Shown here: piece by piece, positions 12,001-24,304 of the stretch | Layout: every line of letters starts with the position of its first letter | Numbering within the stretch: the stretch's first letter is position 1 | NCBI GenBank assembly: GCA_904063045.1 | Contig: CAJFCJ010000006.1 | Location: 994,677-1,058,676 of the forward strand | Source of the DNA: Dimorphilus gyrociliatus | Lineage: Eukaryota > Animalia > Annelida | Direction: 5' to 3' | DNA length: 64,000 bases | Program-made: the position numbers and the translations under genes | The notes under the pieces: model-generated | The model's database searches: none | What the model saw: only the letters and a program-made list of their open reading frames with translations | What the model was told of the DNA's origin: nothing

Positions 12001-15000
12001 TACCGCTAGTCATTTGACGGTTAGCGCGTATCTTTCTTACATTTAGTACAGTCATTGTTTGCTTATGCGTAATATTAGATTCAGTGACATCCTAAGCTAG
12101 GATGAGAAAGTGGATTACTGTTACTACCTGCGCCATCTACTGTCTATGAAAGGCAGTGGAAAAAATTCAGGGTCACGTGATACACCGACCCTCGCCTCCT
12201 TCATCAGACAGGCTATTCGCTTTAAAGACAGTTATGATACCGTTGACGATTATTCAATTAAACGACTCGTATATAGAAGTAGTATATTTCTAATATCAAA
12301 CATGATCTATTTCTTATTTACAAAGATTAAATCTATAAATAGATAACAATGTAAGTATATATACTACTTTTTTATCACTAAAAATTACGCGTTTGTCATT
12401 TGTCAAAGTTTCGTGCAACACTATATCCAAAAGTAAACATGCTTAACGCGTCGCACGTTTAAAGAGATTAATGAGCGAAGGATAGCGATATACACCTACG
12501 CTCTAACGTCGATTATCGTTCATCATTTAACGTATTAATTACATATGAGGCAATGTCAGAAAATTTTCTTGACACTAAATCAAAAGATGATGCTTGCTTA
12601 TTTACGTGATATTTTATATCTTTTCACAAACAGGAAAAACGGTATGGATGGACAGTTATACTGTGAAAAACACGCCACGTCCAACCAACCCACGACATCC
12701 GATGAGAACGAAGCAAAGGTTAGTGCTTTCATAGGCCTGTAGGGGTTAAAGTTAACACGTGACGCTTTTCTTTGAGAAAATATATTTAAAAAAAAAAGAA
12801 AAAACTAACCTCAAACACTTTTCTAAATTGTTTACTTTATTTTTTTCTTTTTTTTTTTTTAATAAAACAAAACTATTCTTTTTTTCTTCTTTTGCTTTCT
12901 TCCTTCTTTTCCTACTTTTCTTTTAATTTTTAATTTTTAATTTTTTTTTTGTCTTTTTTTTTTAAATTTGTTCAATTTTTGTGAACAGAATCAAGAACAG
13001 TTCTTTGATTCGTTGGCCAGGATACAAGGGTGGGTTACCAAACAAATTTTTACCTATTTTTCTTACTTTCTACTTAATTATGGCTATGTATATATATGGC
13101 TTAATAATAAATAATGAGCATTGCATGTGTTTATCTTCTCTTAAATGGAGAAAAAGACTACTTCTCTCTTTTAAATATATAAATATATACAGTATATATA
13201 TATATATATATATATGTATATACACTTACATGATATTTTTAGTTATTATATACAAAGAAAAATCTTCTCTTAAATCCTTTAATAACTTATTTATAATACA
13301 GAAAAAGATTGAATGACCAACGCTGCGCACTCCCTGCTTTCTTTCAGGTATATAAAAATCCATTTTGCTTATTACTACTTTTATTATGACTTTCTATTAA
13401 GAGATGTAAGAAAAAAAGAAAGGTAGAAACTATAATTAATACGAAATGTTAAAAAGAATACGACTATGTCTATTTCACCTATGTTAATTTTAATATCTTC
13501 TTTAATTAATATCTAATTATGAAAGAAGATCCTTAACTTTTTATACTAATATATTTATAAACAAAAACCTACTGAAACATGTTCAGAGTCCGGATTTTAT
13601 TGAGGCTCTACTCCAATGGCAAAGTCGGAGGATTGACGAACAACGATGCGAATTGGTTCGTGCAGATTGTAAAACACCTTCCTTATACCTCGTCTACATC
13701 TTACCTTTTTTATTATTTATTTATTTGTTTATCTACCTAAATACGTACATAGCTCTTCCTACCAGATCATTTATCCGAATCTTTTTTTATCTATTTATAA
13801 TTTTTTTTATATGTTCCTCTATTGTTATCTTCTTCTATTACTTACGTGGAGTGGTAATCATTTTGTAACCTTATTTTTTGACCCACTTTTTATTGCTTAA
13901 AATAGATCAAAAATGTAATTATTCCTCCTTTTTACTTCCCTTTAATAGAAAGAAACGTATTCACCGAAAGAGCGAGAAGATAAACAACCCTCCGTAGTAA
14001 TACTAAGTAAACGGAACGCTGATGAGACGCTATTAAAAAAGGTAAATTAAGTTCTTGGAGAATTTGAAAGGAAATTACCTTAAAAGAGGAATTTTTTTAA
14101 GATTTTGACTACGGAGGGTCCTTATCCAATGATTGTTATGCCTGAAAAAGGTGGTTACTGGATAGAAGAGTGTGGAGAATCGTCTGGAAAATATGAGCTA
14201 AAAGTCGATGACACAACCATCCTTTATCGGAATTGCTTCTTGGGAAAGGAGCATTTTAATTACTATGGTGTAGATGATAAACTTGGCCCCCTCGTTGTGT
14301 CAGTGAAAAGAGAATCTAATAAAGATTCTGATAAAGTACTTGTTATACTCAGGTTGGCTACTGCAAATAATAATAATAATAGTCATAGTAATAATAATAA
14401 TAATAAAATACATTAAGGACGTCTATTTAAATTATTTTGTAATCTAAACAGGATGAAACGCTCAACCGTCTACCGCCAATTTTCGGATAGCGAGTCCTTA
14501 AAAGCAAATACGAAGCAGTTAGTCACCAAGATGTGCTCGGATATAACAACAGATAAATTTACACCAGTCCTATATCATAACGTATGTTGTTGGCTACATT
14601 CTGTGTTGTGCACATATTGTAATTAATTATCTTATCTTTTCGTAAGGCTTCTCAACGGATCGTTGAATACGATGAGCACGTAAAGATGAAAAACTACAAG
14701 ATCGGTGTGATTTATCAGAAAAAGGGTCAGTGTAGCGAAGAAGAGATATTCGGGAATAGCTTACATACACCTGAATACGATCATTTCCTTAAGATAATTG
14801 GGCGTAGAATAAAATTAAAAGACTTTGAAGGTTACCGAGGAGGTTTGGATACCAATCACTGTCACACTGGAGAAGAGTCTGTGTACACGGAATATGAGGA
14901 TAAACATATCATGTTCCACGTCTCCACCCTCTTACCACACGATTTCGATCCTCAACAGTTACAGAGGAAACGTCATATAGGAAATGATATTATAGCCATA

Positions 15001-15819
15001 GTTTTCCAAGAACCTGGTAGTGTTTTTGTTCCAACTCTAATAGCTTCCAATTTCCTCCATGCGTTCATTATTGTACAACCAGTGAGGACAAATGAAGGTT
15101 TAAAGTATCGCATTGCCGTAAGCGCTCGTGATGATGTTCCGCCATTCGAACCTAATTTACCAACGCCTTCACTTGTTCCCGTAAGTCATGTTTTTTCTTT
15201 ATTCTTTTGTCTTTTCTCTTCGTCTTTTTACTTTCTATGACTAAAGAAAACTTGTAACAAATAGGAAAACCAACTACGAGATTTTATTATCACTAAGTTG
15301 ATTAACGGAGAGAATGCGTGCTACAAAGCTCAAATCTTTGCCAAATTGGGAGAGAGAACGAGAAGTGAATTATTGGAAACGCTATACGAAAACTTACATA
15401 CCGCCAACGTACAAGCATTAGGTCCGCTCGCTGTCTCGGCCTCATCATCGTCGTCTACTTTATCGGCGCCCCCGAGCGCGGTATCAACGGAAAAAGAGAG
15501 TTTCTTCGTTTCTGTAAAAAGAGCGTTAGGAGGTAGTAAACGGAGTCAAAGCGTCGACTCGAATCTAGCGAATTCGAATAAGAAAATGAACAACAACAAT
15601 GGATTTGTATCACCGCCTCTGGCTACTGTCGGTGAGTCTGATAAACCACGAAAGAAATCAGAAAAGAAAAGCTCCAAAACAAGTGTTTCTAGCGAAACCA
15701 GGTACACAATTTTTACAATATTTCCCCATTACAACTCTTTATTTTCCAGAATGAGTTGTCGTTTGTAAAGCTAATCTTTGTATTGTCTTTATTTCAATAT
15801 AAATATTTTGTGTATATTG

Positions 15820-15870
<51 letters not shown>

Positions 15871-16745
15871 ACAGTATATATATTGTAAAGATAAATTTAC
15901 AATGTACAATTATGCAGTGTTGACGTTGCAAGTTTGAGTTCGTATAGGACAGCATGTAGCAGTACATCTCCCAATTCCTTACTACCATCACCATATACGT
16001 CGTCTAGGTAGTTAATCAATTATTTTACTTTTTTTTCATTTAAATCATAATCTTGTTTATTTATTTATTTATTTATTTGTTATTATCATCTCTATTAATA
16101 ATCAAAATTATTAATTATGTTTCCTTTTCTCTTTTTTCCCCCTCCCTCCTTCCTGACCGATCGTCCTCCTTTCTCTTTGCCGACAAAACAAAAACAATCA
16201 AAAAAATTTAAAAAAAAGGGTATTATTTACGACGTCAAGTTCCAATAGCAGTTTTAACAGTAATGAAGACCTTTTGGAAACAACGAACGCCTTACAAAAT
16301 CTAACAACCGAGGATAGCGATACGGGCATGGTAATTAAATATAATTAAATAATGAACAAACAAGGATTAATTACAGGAATAAACTTAATAATTTTTTTCT
16401 TTTGTCTCTTGTCCTTTTACGTAGGAGAGTATGTCATCTTCAGAAACTCCCAGAGATCTATCGAAACAGCTAGAAGAATTACAGAAAAAGTTGAAAAGGG
16501 TCAATGACGAAAATAATACGTTGCACAAAAGATACAAGGTAATAATATAAATTACTTTATTTTATCTCTAAGATGAGGAGAGCTTATGGAGAAAACTAGC
16601 CTATTTATTTATTTATTTTGTTTATTTACCTTAGTACGCTGTTGCTGAATTAAAAAGATATAAGGAATCAGAGAGAAAAACAATAGAAGAATTGGAACAA
16701 CTCAGAAGCCAAATGGATCGCATAAGAAGTCAAAAAGAAATCTAG
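6100..16745 (+). CDS. RAP1GAP: Rap1 GTPase-activating protein with N-terminal LIM domain and two GoLoco motifs (multi-exon, alternative first exons)
   Basis: Phase-consistent exons: 6100-6532, 8694-8871, 10118-10150, 12634-12718, 12989-13029, 13302-13347, (13587-13655), 13949-14041, 14102-14352, 14452-14581, 14647-15180, 15265-15701, ~15948-16007, ~16240-16330, 16425-16538, 16635-16745. RapGAP motifs: GPYPMIVMPEKGGYW, YKIGVIYQK, FEGYRGGLDT, IMFHVSTLLP, RKRHIGND (catalytic Asn present), KLINGENACY, DSDTGMESMSS. Confidence 0.92.
14367..14405. repeat. (AAT)n-rich microsatellite in Rap1GAP intron
   Basis: aataataataat...agtaataataataataat. Confidence 0.8.
15826..15867. repeat. (TA)n microsatellite (others near 9753, 16870, 47200, 47866)
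   Basis: About 20 uninterrupted TA units. Confidence 0.9.
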
Positions 16746-16865
16746 TCATATCCTAGTCCTGCAGTTGTTCCTTCCTGTTCTCTCTTTCTTTTCTCGATAT
16801 TTAAGTATATATATATATATAATATGTATATTATATATTAAAAAAACCAAATTCTATATACAAAA

Positions 16866-16911
<46 letters not shown>

Positions 16912-17192
16912 AAACTACAAAAAAGATAATTAAGAAAAAAAAAACCATTTTAAATAATATTGATAATTATAATAATTATTTTAAATCGTGTTCCAAAAAT
17001 GACTGCGTTAACTCTGTTTTATTTTCTCTCTCTGCTACAATTCTTTCAAATCACTTGAAAGCTACCTTAAGTTTATTTTTTTTTATGGTAACATTGGGAG
17101 CATTCGTGTATATATATATATTACCTAACATATTAATAAATGTTGTGGGGTGCTAATGAATATTGTTAGAGAGATGGCAGCACAATCATAAA

Positions 17193-17235
<43 letters not shown>

Positions 17236-17239
17236 CTCT
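17193..17239. repeat. compound (CT)n(CTAT)n microsatellite
   Basis: tctctctc...tctatctatctatcta. Confidence 0.85.
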
Positions 17240-18548
17240 ATAGAAAAAAGAAACAATGTTCAGTATTTATTTATTTATTTTTTTAATTTTTGCTGAGTCA
17301 GTAATCTTTTTTTATAATTACTTAATTGATTCACGTTTCCCCAATATTTATAAATTGTCACGAATCGAATTTAGCCAATGTCCTTGCAAACAGTTTTTTT
17401 TCTCTCTTTTTCTCTCTCTCTCTCTACTTAATCTAATAAAAAACGAAAAAAAAATCCTAAATAATCCCAATTAATTATTCAGCATATTTAAAAAAAGGTA
17501 CAAAATTACTACTTAAATAACGTATTCCATCTTTTCCTCCTCACTCACTCGCTCACTCATTATATCTTGCCTTTTTTTTTCCATTTCTTCCAGTCGTTCC
17601 CCATTCCACTCTTCTTCCTTCTTATGATTGTCTCCTTGCTCTTCTCTAACCTCTTTTCAAGCTATCCCTTTCTTCATTTAAAGGTGAAAATTTTAGCAAT
17701 TTTTTTTTATTTGACTAGATTTATTTCTTCTTTAAGATTAAATTATAGATTTACTTCAAAGAAGAACTTTAATATAACTATAAAAAGGGATTCCATTGCG
17801 TAATAAATATGTACAATTTCTTTTCGAATGGAGGGAAAATATGCCTAAAAAGAGTAGCGTTTAGTCGCAATTTATTATCATCACTATTATTAGCACTATT
17901 AGACTCTTTTATTCGTTCTACCATTTATTTCCAAGATTATTTATGCAACTATATTCATAAGGTAAAGGAAATATAATGGAAAACTAATGAATTCAGTTAC
18001 AAAAAAAGGAAACCTCGTCTGAGTAAATAATAATTACGAATTAGGTTCGTAGATTGCTTGATCTTATGGAAAATAGCAAAGTTCATATACGATTTTCGAC
18101 AAAAATCGCCATCTGGTGTGTATAATACTTTGAAAATAGTTATGCTATTAAAGTTTATTGTAATCAATTTCCAATATTACAAGCAATTTGAAAGAGGCTT
18201 AGCTGCATTCAGTTCAGGGTTTAACTGTATTCAATTCAGGGGCAAATGCTTTATTCATATCTACTGTAGTTATAGAAATAAGCTAGTCTTTTTAACTGTG
18301 ACATTTTAGAATTACTTTTATCTCTGCGAATGAATCTCGAAATTGAATTTGTCATCATATTTACACAAAAAAGAAACTAACTATTCGTATCTCAAAGAGA
18401 AATATACTCTAACCTTTTTCTATTATATATTCACAGGAAACGATTCGATTGATTATTTTCGATGATTAATTATCATTTTGAACAGAAATGAACAAAACTT
18501 GACTTTTGTTTCTATATTTTTTTTCTATGGCATTCGCACATTGATCTT

Positions 18549-20007
18549 TTAAAGTTCTTCTAGAATTTCATCGGCAATTTCTTTATAATAGTCCTTTGGT
18601 TTTATACATTGATCTAACGTATCCCAATGATATTCTGGTTTTGTATACACTTTCGTCCAATTTCTACTAGCATGAAGATATTCGCAGATATCGCACAAAA
18701 GGTTTTTATTATTGTGATGTACAACTCTATAATCCTTTTTCCATTTAAAATACTCATTATAGGCCGTATCGTTTTTATCCAGGTATTCAATATACTTTGC
18801 CAATAACTTCGGTGATCTGAATGATTTGACATTGATGAATGAATGTTCAGGTAGAATTTCTTCGTAGGCAACATTTCCTAAAACAATAGGGACAACATGA
18901 TGTTTTAACACTTTATATGCCTTTTCGGTTATATAGTCAGTGCATAATGAATTCTCAAACGACAAATAGAACTTATACTTTTTGTCTAACATTTCATAAC
19001 ATTCATTATCAGATTTAGTTCTTTTACATTTGTATCGTTTATCCTTCCCGCAGGCTCCATACACGTGTATTGTCATATATTTAGATAACTGATTACCGTA
19101 AATTTCTCGTTTACTCTGGGTCTTACAATGGCTCACAAACCAAGCAGCTAACTCTGTTTTACCTTCTGCATAATTTTTATTTGGTTGGTGGCCCTTTTCA
19201 CCCGGAGGTTCGTAATGTCCGTAGGGTGAATAAACGTCAGAATGACGTTTAAATGTCACAGTACCGTTGAATTTATTACTCAATCTTCTTACATTCAGCA
19301 AGGCATGAACGTTTGATTCCATAGCGTGAATTAACCACTTTTGTTGGGGAGGTCGTCTGAAACTAGGAAAAAGTTTACTTTCTGGTAATGATCCAAATCC
19401 AGAATTGTGAAATAATACAGCATCTGCCGTCTTCAACTGTGACCTGTCGGCTGTTGCTGTGCATCTATCAATCCTGCATCCTCCTTTAATAAATGGTTGC
19501 CTACAAAAATTCGTTGAACCGCAATTCAAGGAAACAATTATGAATAATAAAACAAAGCCCTTCTACTGCCCCCTCCATCCCCTCAAATATTTACCTTCCA
19601 AAACCGAATTGCCAGTCGCTTATAACTCCATAAAAATGAATGTAATATAATATTGTCAAGACTTTTTTCTCCTCTCTTTGATCTTCAGGTATTGTTCCAC
19701 TAATGTAGGATCTTCTATTTTTTCTCAGAGCATCAAAAAATTTCGGCCCTATTTTTGTGTTGAGGCTTGTGTTCTTTCCGGGTGAGTATTTCTTCCAGGG
19801 AAAAACAGGTTGTCGGTTTAGAAAGACGTAACGATTCAATTCCAGACTTTCTTCTTCTTGTTCAGACAGTTGAAACTTCTTAGATTTGATTAGACTTACC
19901 TGTTTCGTTTGACGAATTGCTATTACAATTTTTACGAATTGACTCCGAAGTAAGACAATAACAATTAGAAAAGCGGTAATAAAAAATAAAGTGCTTTTCT
20001 TTCGCAT
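18549..20007 (-). CDS. alpha-(1,3)-fucosyltransferase (GT10 family), type II membrane protein, ~454 aa
   Basis: Exons 20007-19595 and 19500-18549 are joined by a 94-bp GT-AG intron (GFGR|QPFIK). N-terminal signal anchor; GT10 motifs ADAVLFH, AWFVSHC, YKFYLSFENSLCTDYITEK, SFINVKSF. Confidence 0.93.
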
Positions 20008-20148
20008 TTTAGTATTTCCAAATACACACAGTCAATAAACTGTTATACTGACGATAGTATTGAGAACATTCTCTATTGATTCATGTTTGTTTTCAGAGTG
20101 CCTAGCAATATGTAAATAACCTGGGTTTAAATTATACTTTATTTTCGA

Positions 20149-21796
20149 TATAGGCAATATGTTATAGGCCACCCTGTAGAATTTTAATTTTTGTAAATTT
20201 TAGATATGAAGATATTAGTGAATAATTAGTTTGAATTGATAATAATAATTATTAATATGTACATTTTAATATCCTTAACAAAAAATTATCAAATAACAGT
20301 TTTTCTTTTATCAAATACGATTTTTGTAAATATACCTCGAAAAAAGGGGGCTCGTTAAAAAGGAGTCACGTTCTATTTTGTTAAATGTTTTACTTAAAAA
20401 TCTATCTTATGACCTTGTTTTACAGCTGATATACATAGGTAATGATAATATATTATAAAATAATAGTAATAATAGTTTTAAATCTTTTTAATATTTTGTA
20501 TGGCCACCCCTATTGAAAAGGCATAGTCTCAGTCTCTTTGGAAAACTATTGAATAATTTTTTGATATATTCAGTTGGAATATTTTCGAATTCCTGCTCAG
20601 CTACCCTCCATAGATCATCTACATTTGTGCACAGGTGTTTACTTACCCTACCTTTTAGAAATGACCACAAGTTTTCGATTGGGTTAAGGTCTGGACTCTG
20701 TGCTGGCCAGTCTTCCAGATACTTTACCCTCTCTTTCTTGAGGTAGTTTAGGGTACTCTTTGATGTATGGCAGGGAGCACCATCCTGCATCAAAATATGA
20801 GACCGATTATAATTCGGCAAAACGGATTTTTCAAGAATTTCCTGATATTTTTCGGAATTCAAGCTACCCTTGTACAGATGAATTCCTCTGCTGCCATCAC
20901 TCTTTATAAATCCCCATATATTTAGGGAACCATTTGCCTCTTTAAAGGTTTTAATGCAATATTTGGCCTTGTACCTATCAGATGGATGCCTTCTGACAAA
21001 CTGCCGTCGTTTTGGATATAAGTCTATCCTTGTTTCATCAGAAAACACAATGGCATTAATTTCATCTGTGGTCCAAGAGAGGAGTCTTTTGCAAAAATTG
21101 TGCCTATTTGATACATGCCTTTTTTTTAATAGGGGTTTTTTGGTTGCCACATAGCCTCTCAAGTTGTGCTTCCTTAAAATACTCTTGCATGTTGAAAGAG
21201 ATATCACTGATGCAAAAAGAGAGGCTGATAAGATTTTTTTTGCACCCCAAAATGGATTTCTCTTTGATATCAGGCATAATTTTCTCTCATCTGCATCATT
21301 TAATTTGTGTGGTCTACCTGATTTTGATAAATTATCAATAGTTTTATGCAATTTGAACTTTTTCCAGATCCTCTGGGCACATCTGGAAATTTTTAGAACT
21401 TTCGCAGTTTTATTCAATGATAGCCCTTCTTGGTGTTTTCCAACAACCAAATGACGAAATCTATTATCAATTACCACCATTTTGAATAATAACCAAAGAT
21501 ACAATTATAATAAGACAATTTCCTTATTGATTAATGCACTTCAGCCCCCTAGTTTTCGATTTCTTAGAAAGTGACTCATTTTTGACGACCCCCCTTTTTT
21601 CGAGGTATATTTACAAAAATCGTATTTGATAAAAGAAAAACTGTTATTTGATAATTTTTTGTTAAGGATATTAAAATGTACATATTAATAATTATTATTA
21701 TCAATTCAAACTAATTATTCACTAATATCTTCATATCTAAAATTTACAAAAATTAAAATTCTACAGGGTGGCCTATAACATATTGCCTATACTGTA
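20149..21796 (-). mobile_element. Tc1/mariner-superfamily DNA transposon, ~1.64 kb, with ~220-bp terminal inverted repeats
   Basis: 20149-20369 is the reverse complement of 21571-21791; the 3 mismatches I found are near the inner end. The right end reads CAGTATAGGC... followed by TA. A transposase ORF lies inside. Confidence 0.95.
20488..21480 (-). CDS. Tc1-like transposase, open 330-aa ORF, DD35E
   Basis: Paired-like HTH (GLSLNKTAKVLKIS...SGRP), IVFSDETR, MQDGAPCH and WPAQSPDLNPIENLW. There are 35 residues between the second D and E. Confidence 0.93.
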   Translation of the reverse strand: MVVIDNRFRHLVVGKHQEGLSLNKTAKVLKISRCAQRIWKKFKLHKTIDNLSKSGRPHKLNDADERKLCLISKRNPFWGAKKILSASLFASVISLSTCKSILRKHNLRGYVATKKPLLKKRHVSNRHNFCKRLLSWTTDEINAIVFSDETRIDLYPKRRQFVRRHPSDRYKAKYCIKTFKEANGSLNIWGFIKSDGSRGIHLYKGSLNSEKYQEILEKSVLPNYNRSHILMQDGAPCHTSKSTLNYLKKERVKYLEDWPAQSPDLNPIENLWSFLKGRVSKHLCTNVDDLWRVAEQEFENIPTEYIKKLFNSFPKRLRLCLFNRGGHTKY

Positions 21797-22149
21797 TTAC
21801 AATAAAATAAAAACTGGTTAATGTAAACTGAATATTCAAAAAACGCACAATTGGTTTTTTCCCCTTTTCCGTAAGATTTTCCAAATTACTGTAATCATAC
21901 TAAAAAGTCAAAATATTCTTGTCAAATTTTTTCAGTATTTAAAAATCAAACACTTTTCCCTCGACTTTGAATATGTAAGTTTTTCCGCGGTTTTTTAAAT
22001 GTCAAATTAACAACAACTGTAAAAAGTTAAGCGTTTTTCATAATTCTGTTAAATATAACTTCTTTATCCATAGTATTTTATCTAATTTTAGTTTGGCTTA
22101 AAATTCGTAAAAATGAACAGACTAGTAAATGAGAGACAAAAATAAAAGT

Positions 22150-24304
22150 TTAATCCACTTCTTCAATTGTTGGTCCACTTCCAGAGCCTGCTCCGGGGGC
22201 ACCTCCAGCTCCTGGGGCACCACCAGCTCCAGGGAATCCTCCTGGCATACCACCTGGCATACCTCCTGGGGCTCCGCCAGCTTGATATAATTTGGTTATT
22301 ATTGGCATGCAAACACTTTCTAGCTCTTTTTGCTGGTGTTCAAATTCATCCTTTTCGGCACTCTGATTTGCATCCAACCAGGCAATAACAGCAGTGCACT
22401 TTTCTAAGATCTTCGTCTTATCTTCTTCACTGATTTTATCTTTGATTTTTTCATCTTCAATAGTTTGTTTCATATGGAAGGCATAGCTCTCTAGCGCATT
22501 CTTGCTCGAGATTCTTTCTCTTTGTTTTTCATCCTCTTGTTTGAATTCATCAGCCTCCCTTACCATCTTTTCAATATCTTCCTTTGACAATCTACCTTTA
22601 TCGTTGGATATGGTAATTTTATTTTCTTTCATTGTGCTCTTATCAACGGCTGATACGTTGAGGATACCGTTTGCATCTATGTCAAAGGTAACTTCGATTT
22701 GTGGAACGCCTCTCGGTGCAGGGGGGATTCCAGATAATTCGAATTTACCCAATAAGTTGTTGTCTTTCGTCATCGATCTTTCACCTTCGTATACCTTTAG
22801 AAAAAAAACAATATTTAGAACAGAATAACTAAGTTAGTCATAATTGAGCTAATAATGTAATTCAGACAGCCAAGGAAGATTTAGAACATCACAGATTTCA
22901 GGGGAAACCGCGAATGGTGGGCTAGCTAGACCGGTTTTCATCATAAGAGTTCGTTGATAATCTAAGTGTTCAAAGCCGACATACCTGAATTAAGACGCCA
23001 GGCTGATTATCACTGTAGGTGGTGAATGTTTGAGTTTGCTTAGTTGGAATGGTAGTATTTCTCTTAATCAAGGCAGTCATTACACCTCCAGCAGTTTCAA
23101 TACCCAACGAAAGTGGTGCTACGTCAAGAAGGAGTAAATCTTGAACTTCTTCACTCTTATCCCCCATTAATATGGCTGCTTGGACAGCTGCACCATATGC
23201 AACAGCTTCATCCGGATTAATTGACTTGTTCAATTCCTTGCCGTTAAAGAAATCTTGTAGAATTTTCTGAATTTTAGGAATTCTAGTGGATCCTCCAACC
23301 AGGACGATGTCGTGAATATCCGACTTGTCCATTTTTGCATCTCTCAAAGACTTTTCAACCGGCTCCAATGTACCTCTAAATAAATCAGCGTTCAATTCCT
23401 CAAATCTCGCTCTGGTGATGCTGGTGTAGAAGTCAACACCTTCAAATAATGAGTCAATTTCAATTGATGCTTGGGCAGATGATGAAAGTGTTCTTTTTGC
23501 TCTTTCGCAGGCTGTTCTTAGACGACGTACAGACCTCTTATTACTTGATATATCTTTCTTATGCTTCCTCTTGAATTCTTGAACAAAATGATTTACCATT
23601 CGATTGTCGAAATCTTCGCCGCCCAAATGAGTGTCTCCAGCAGTGGACTTCACTTCGAAGATTCCATCCTCAATAGTAAGTACAGATACATCAAATGTTC
23701 CACCGCCCAAATCAAAGATCAACACATTTCTTTCTCCACCAACCTTTTTGTCCAAGCCGTAAGCAATGGCAGCGGCAGTTGGTTCGTTAATTATTCTAAG
23801 AACATTTAAACCTGCAATTGTGCCAGCATCTTTAGTAGCTTGACGTTGAGAATCATTGAAGTAGGCTGGAACTGTAACAACAGCATTAGCAATAGATTTT
23901 CCTAGATAAGCTTCTGCGGTCTCCCTCATTTTCGTCAAAACCATAGAAGATATTTCTTCCGGAAAGAATGTCTTTTTTTCGCCTTTGTATTCTACTTCAA
24001 TTTTTGGCTTTCCACCATCGTTAACAACATCGAAAGACCAATGTTTTTTGTCGCTTTGTACAGCAGGCTCTTCGTATCTTCTACCAATGAGTCGCTTAGC
24101 GTCAAAAACTGTGTTGGATGGATTCATAGCTACCTGGTTCTTTGCTGCGTCTCCGATAAGTCTTTCACTGTCAGTGAAAGCGACATAACTTGGAGTTGTT
24201 CTGTTTCCTTGATCATTAGCAATAATTTCAACTTTTCCATGTTGAAATACACCAACACAAGAGTAGGTTGTTCCCAAATCGATTCCTATTGCTACTTTGG
24301 ACAT
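22150..24304 (-). CDS. HSPA8: cytosolic HSP70, cognate HSC70 type, 654 aa
   Basis: Exons 24304-22985 and 22794-22150, with a 190-bp intron at GVLIQ|VYEGER. Signatures [22 protein letters not shown] and [14 protein letters not shown]; GGMP repeats and C-terminal GPTIEEVD. A probable 5'UTR intron runs from ~24442 to ~24322. Confidence 0.98.
22860..22946 (-). ncRNA. SNORD14: U14 box C/D snoRNA, intronic in HSC70
   Basis: Minus strand: box C ATGATGA (22944-22938), domain A CATTCGCGGTTTC, domain B CTTCCTTGGCTGT, box D CTGA (22865-22862). U14 is known to be hosted in HSPA8/hsc70 introns. Confidence 0.93.

Noticed and set aside
19880-19900. GTAAGT donor-like site in fucosyltransferase exon 1
   Set aside because: The frame stays open through the stem region, so no intron is needed. 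An alternative splice cannot be excluded.
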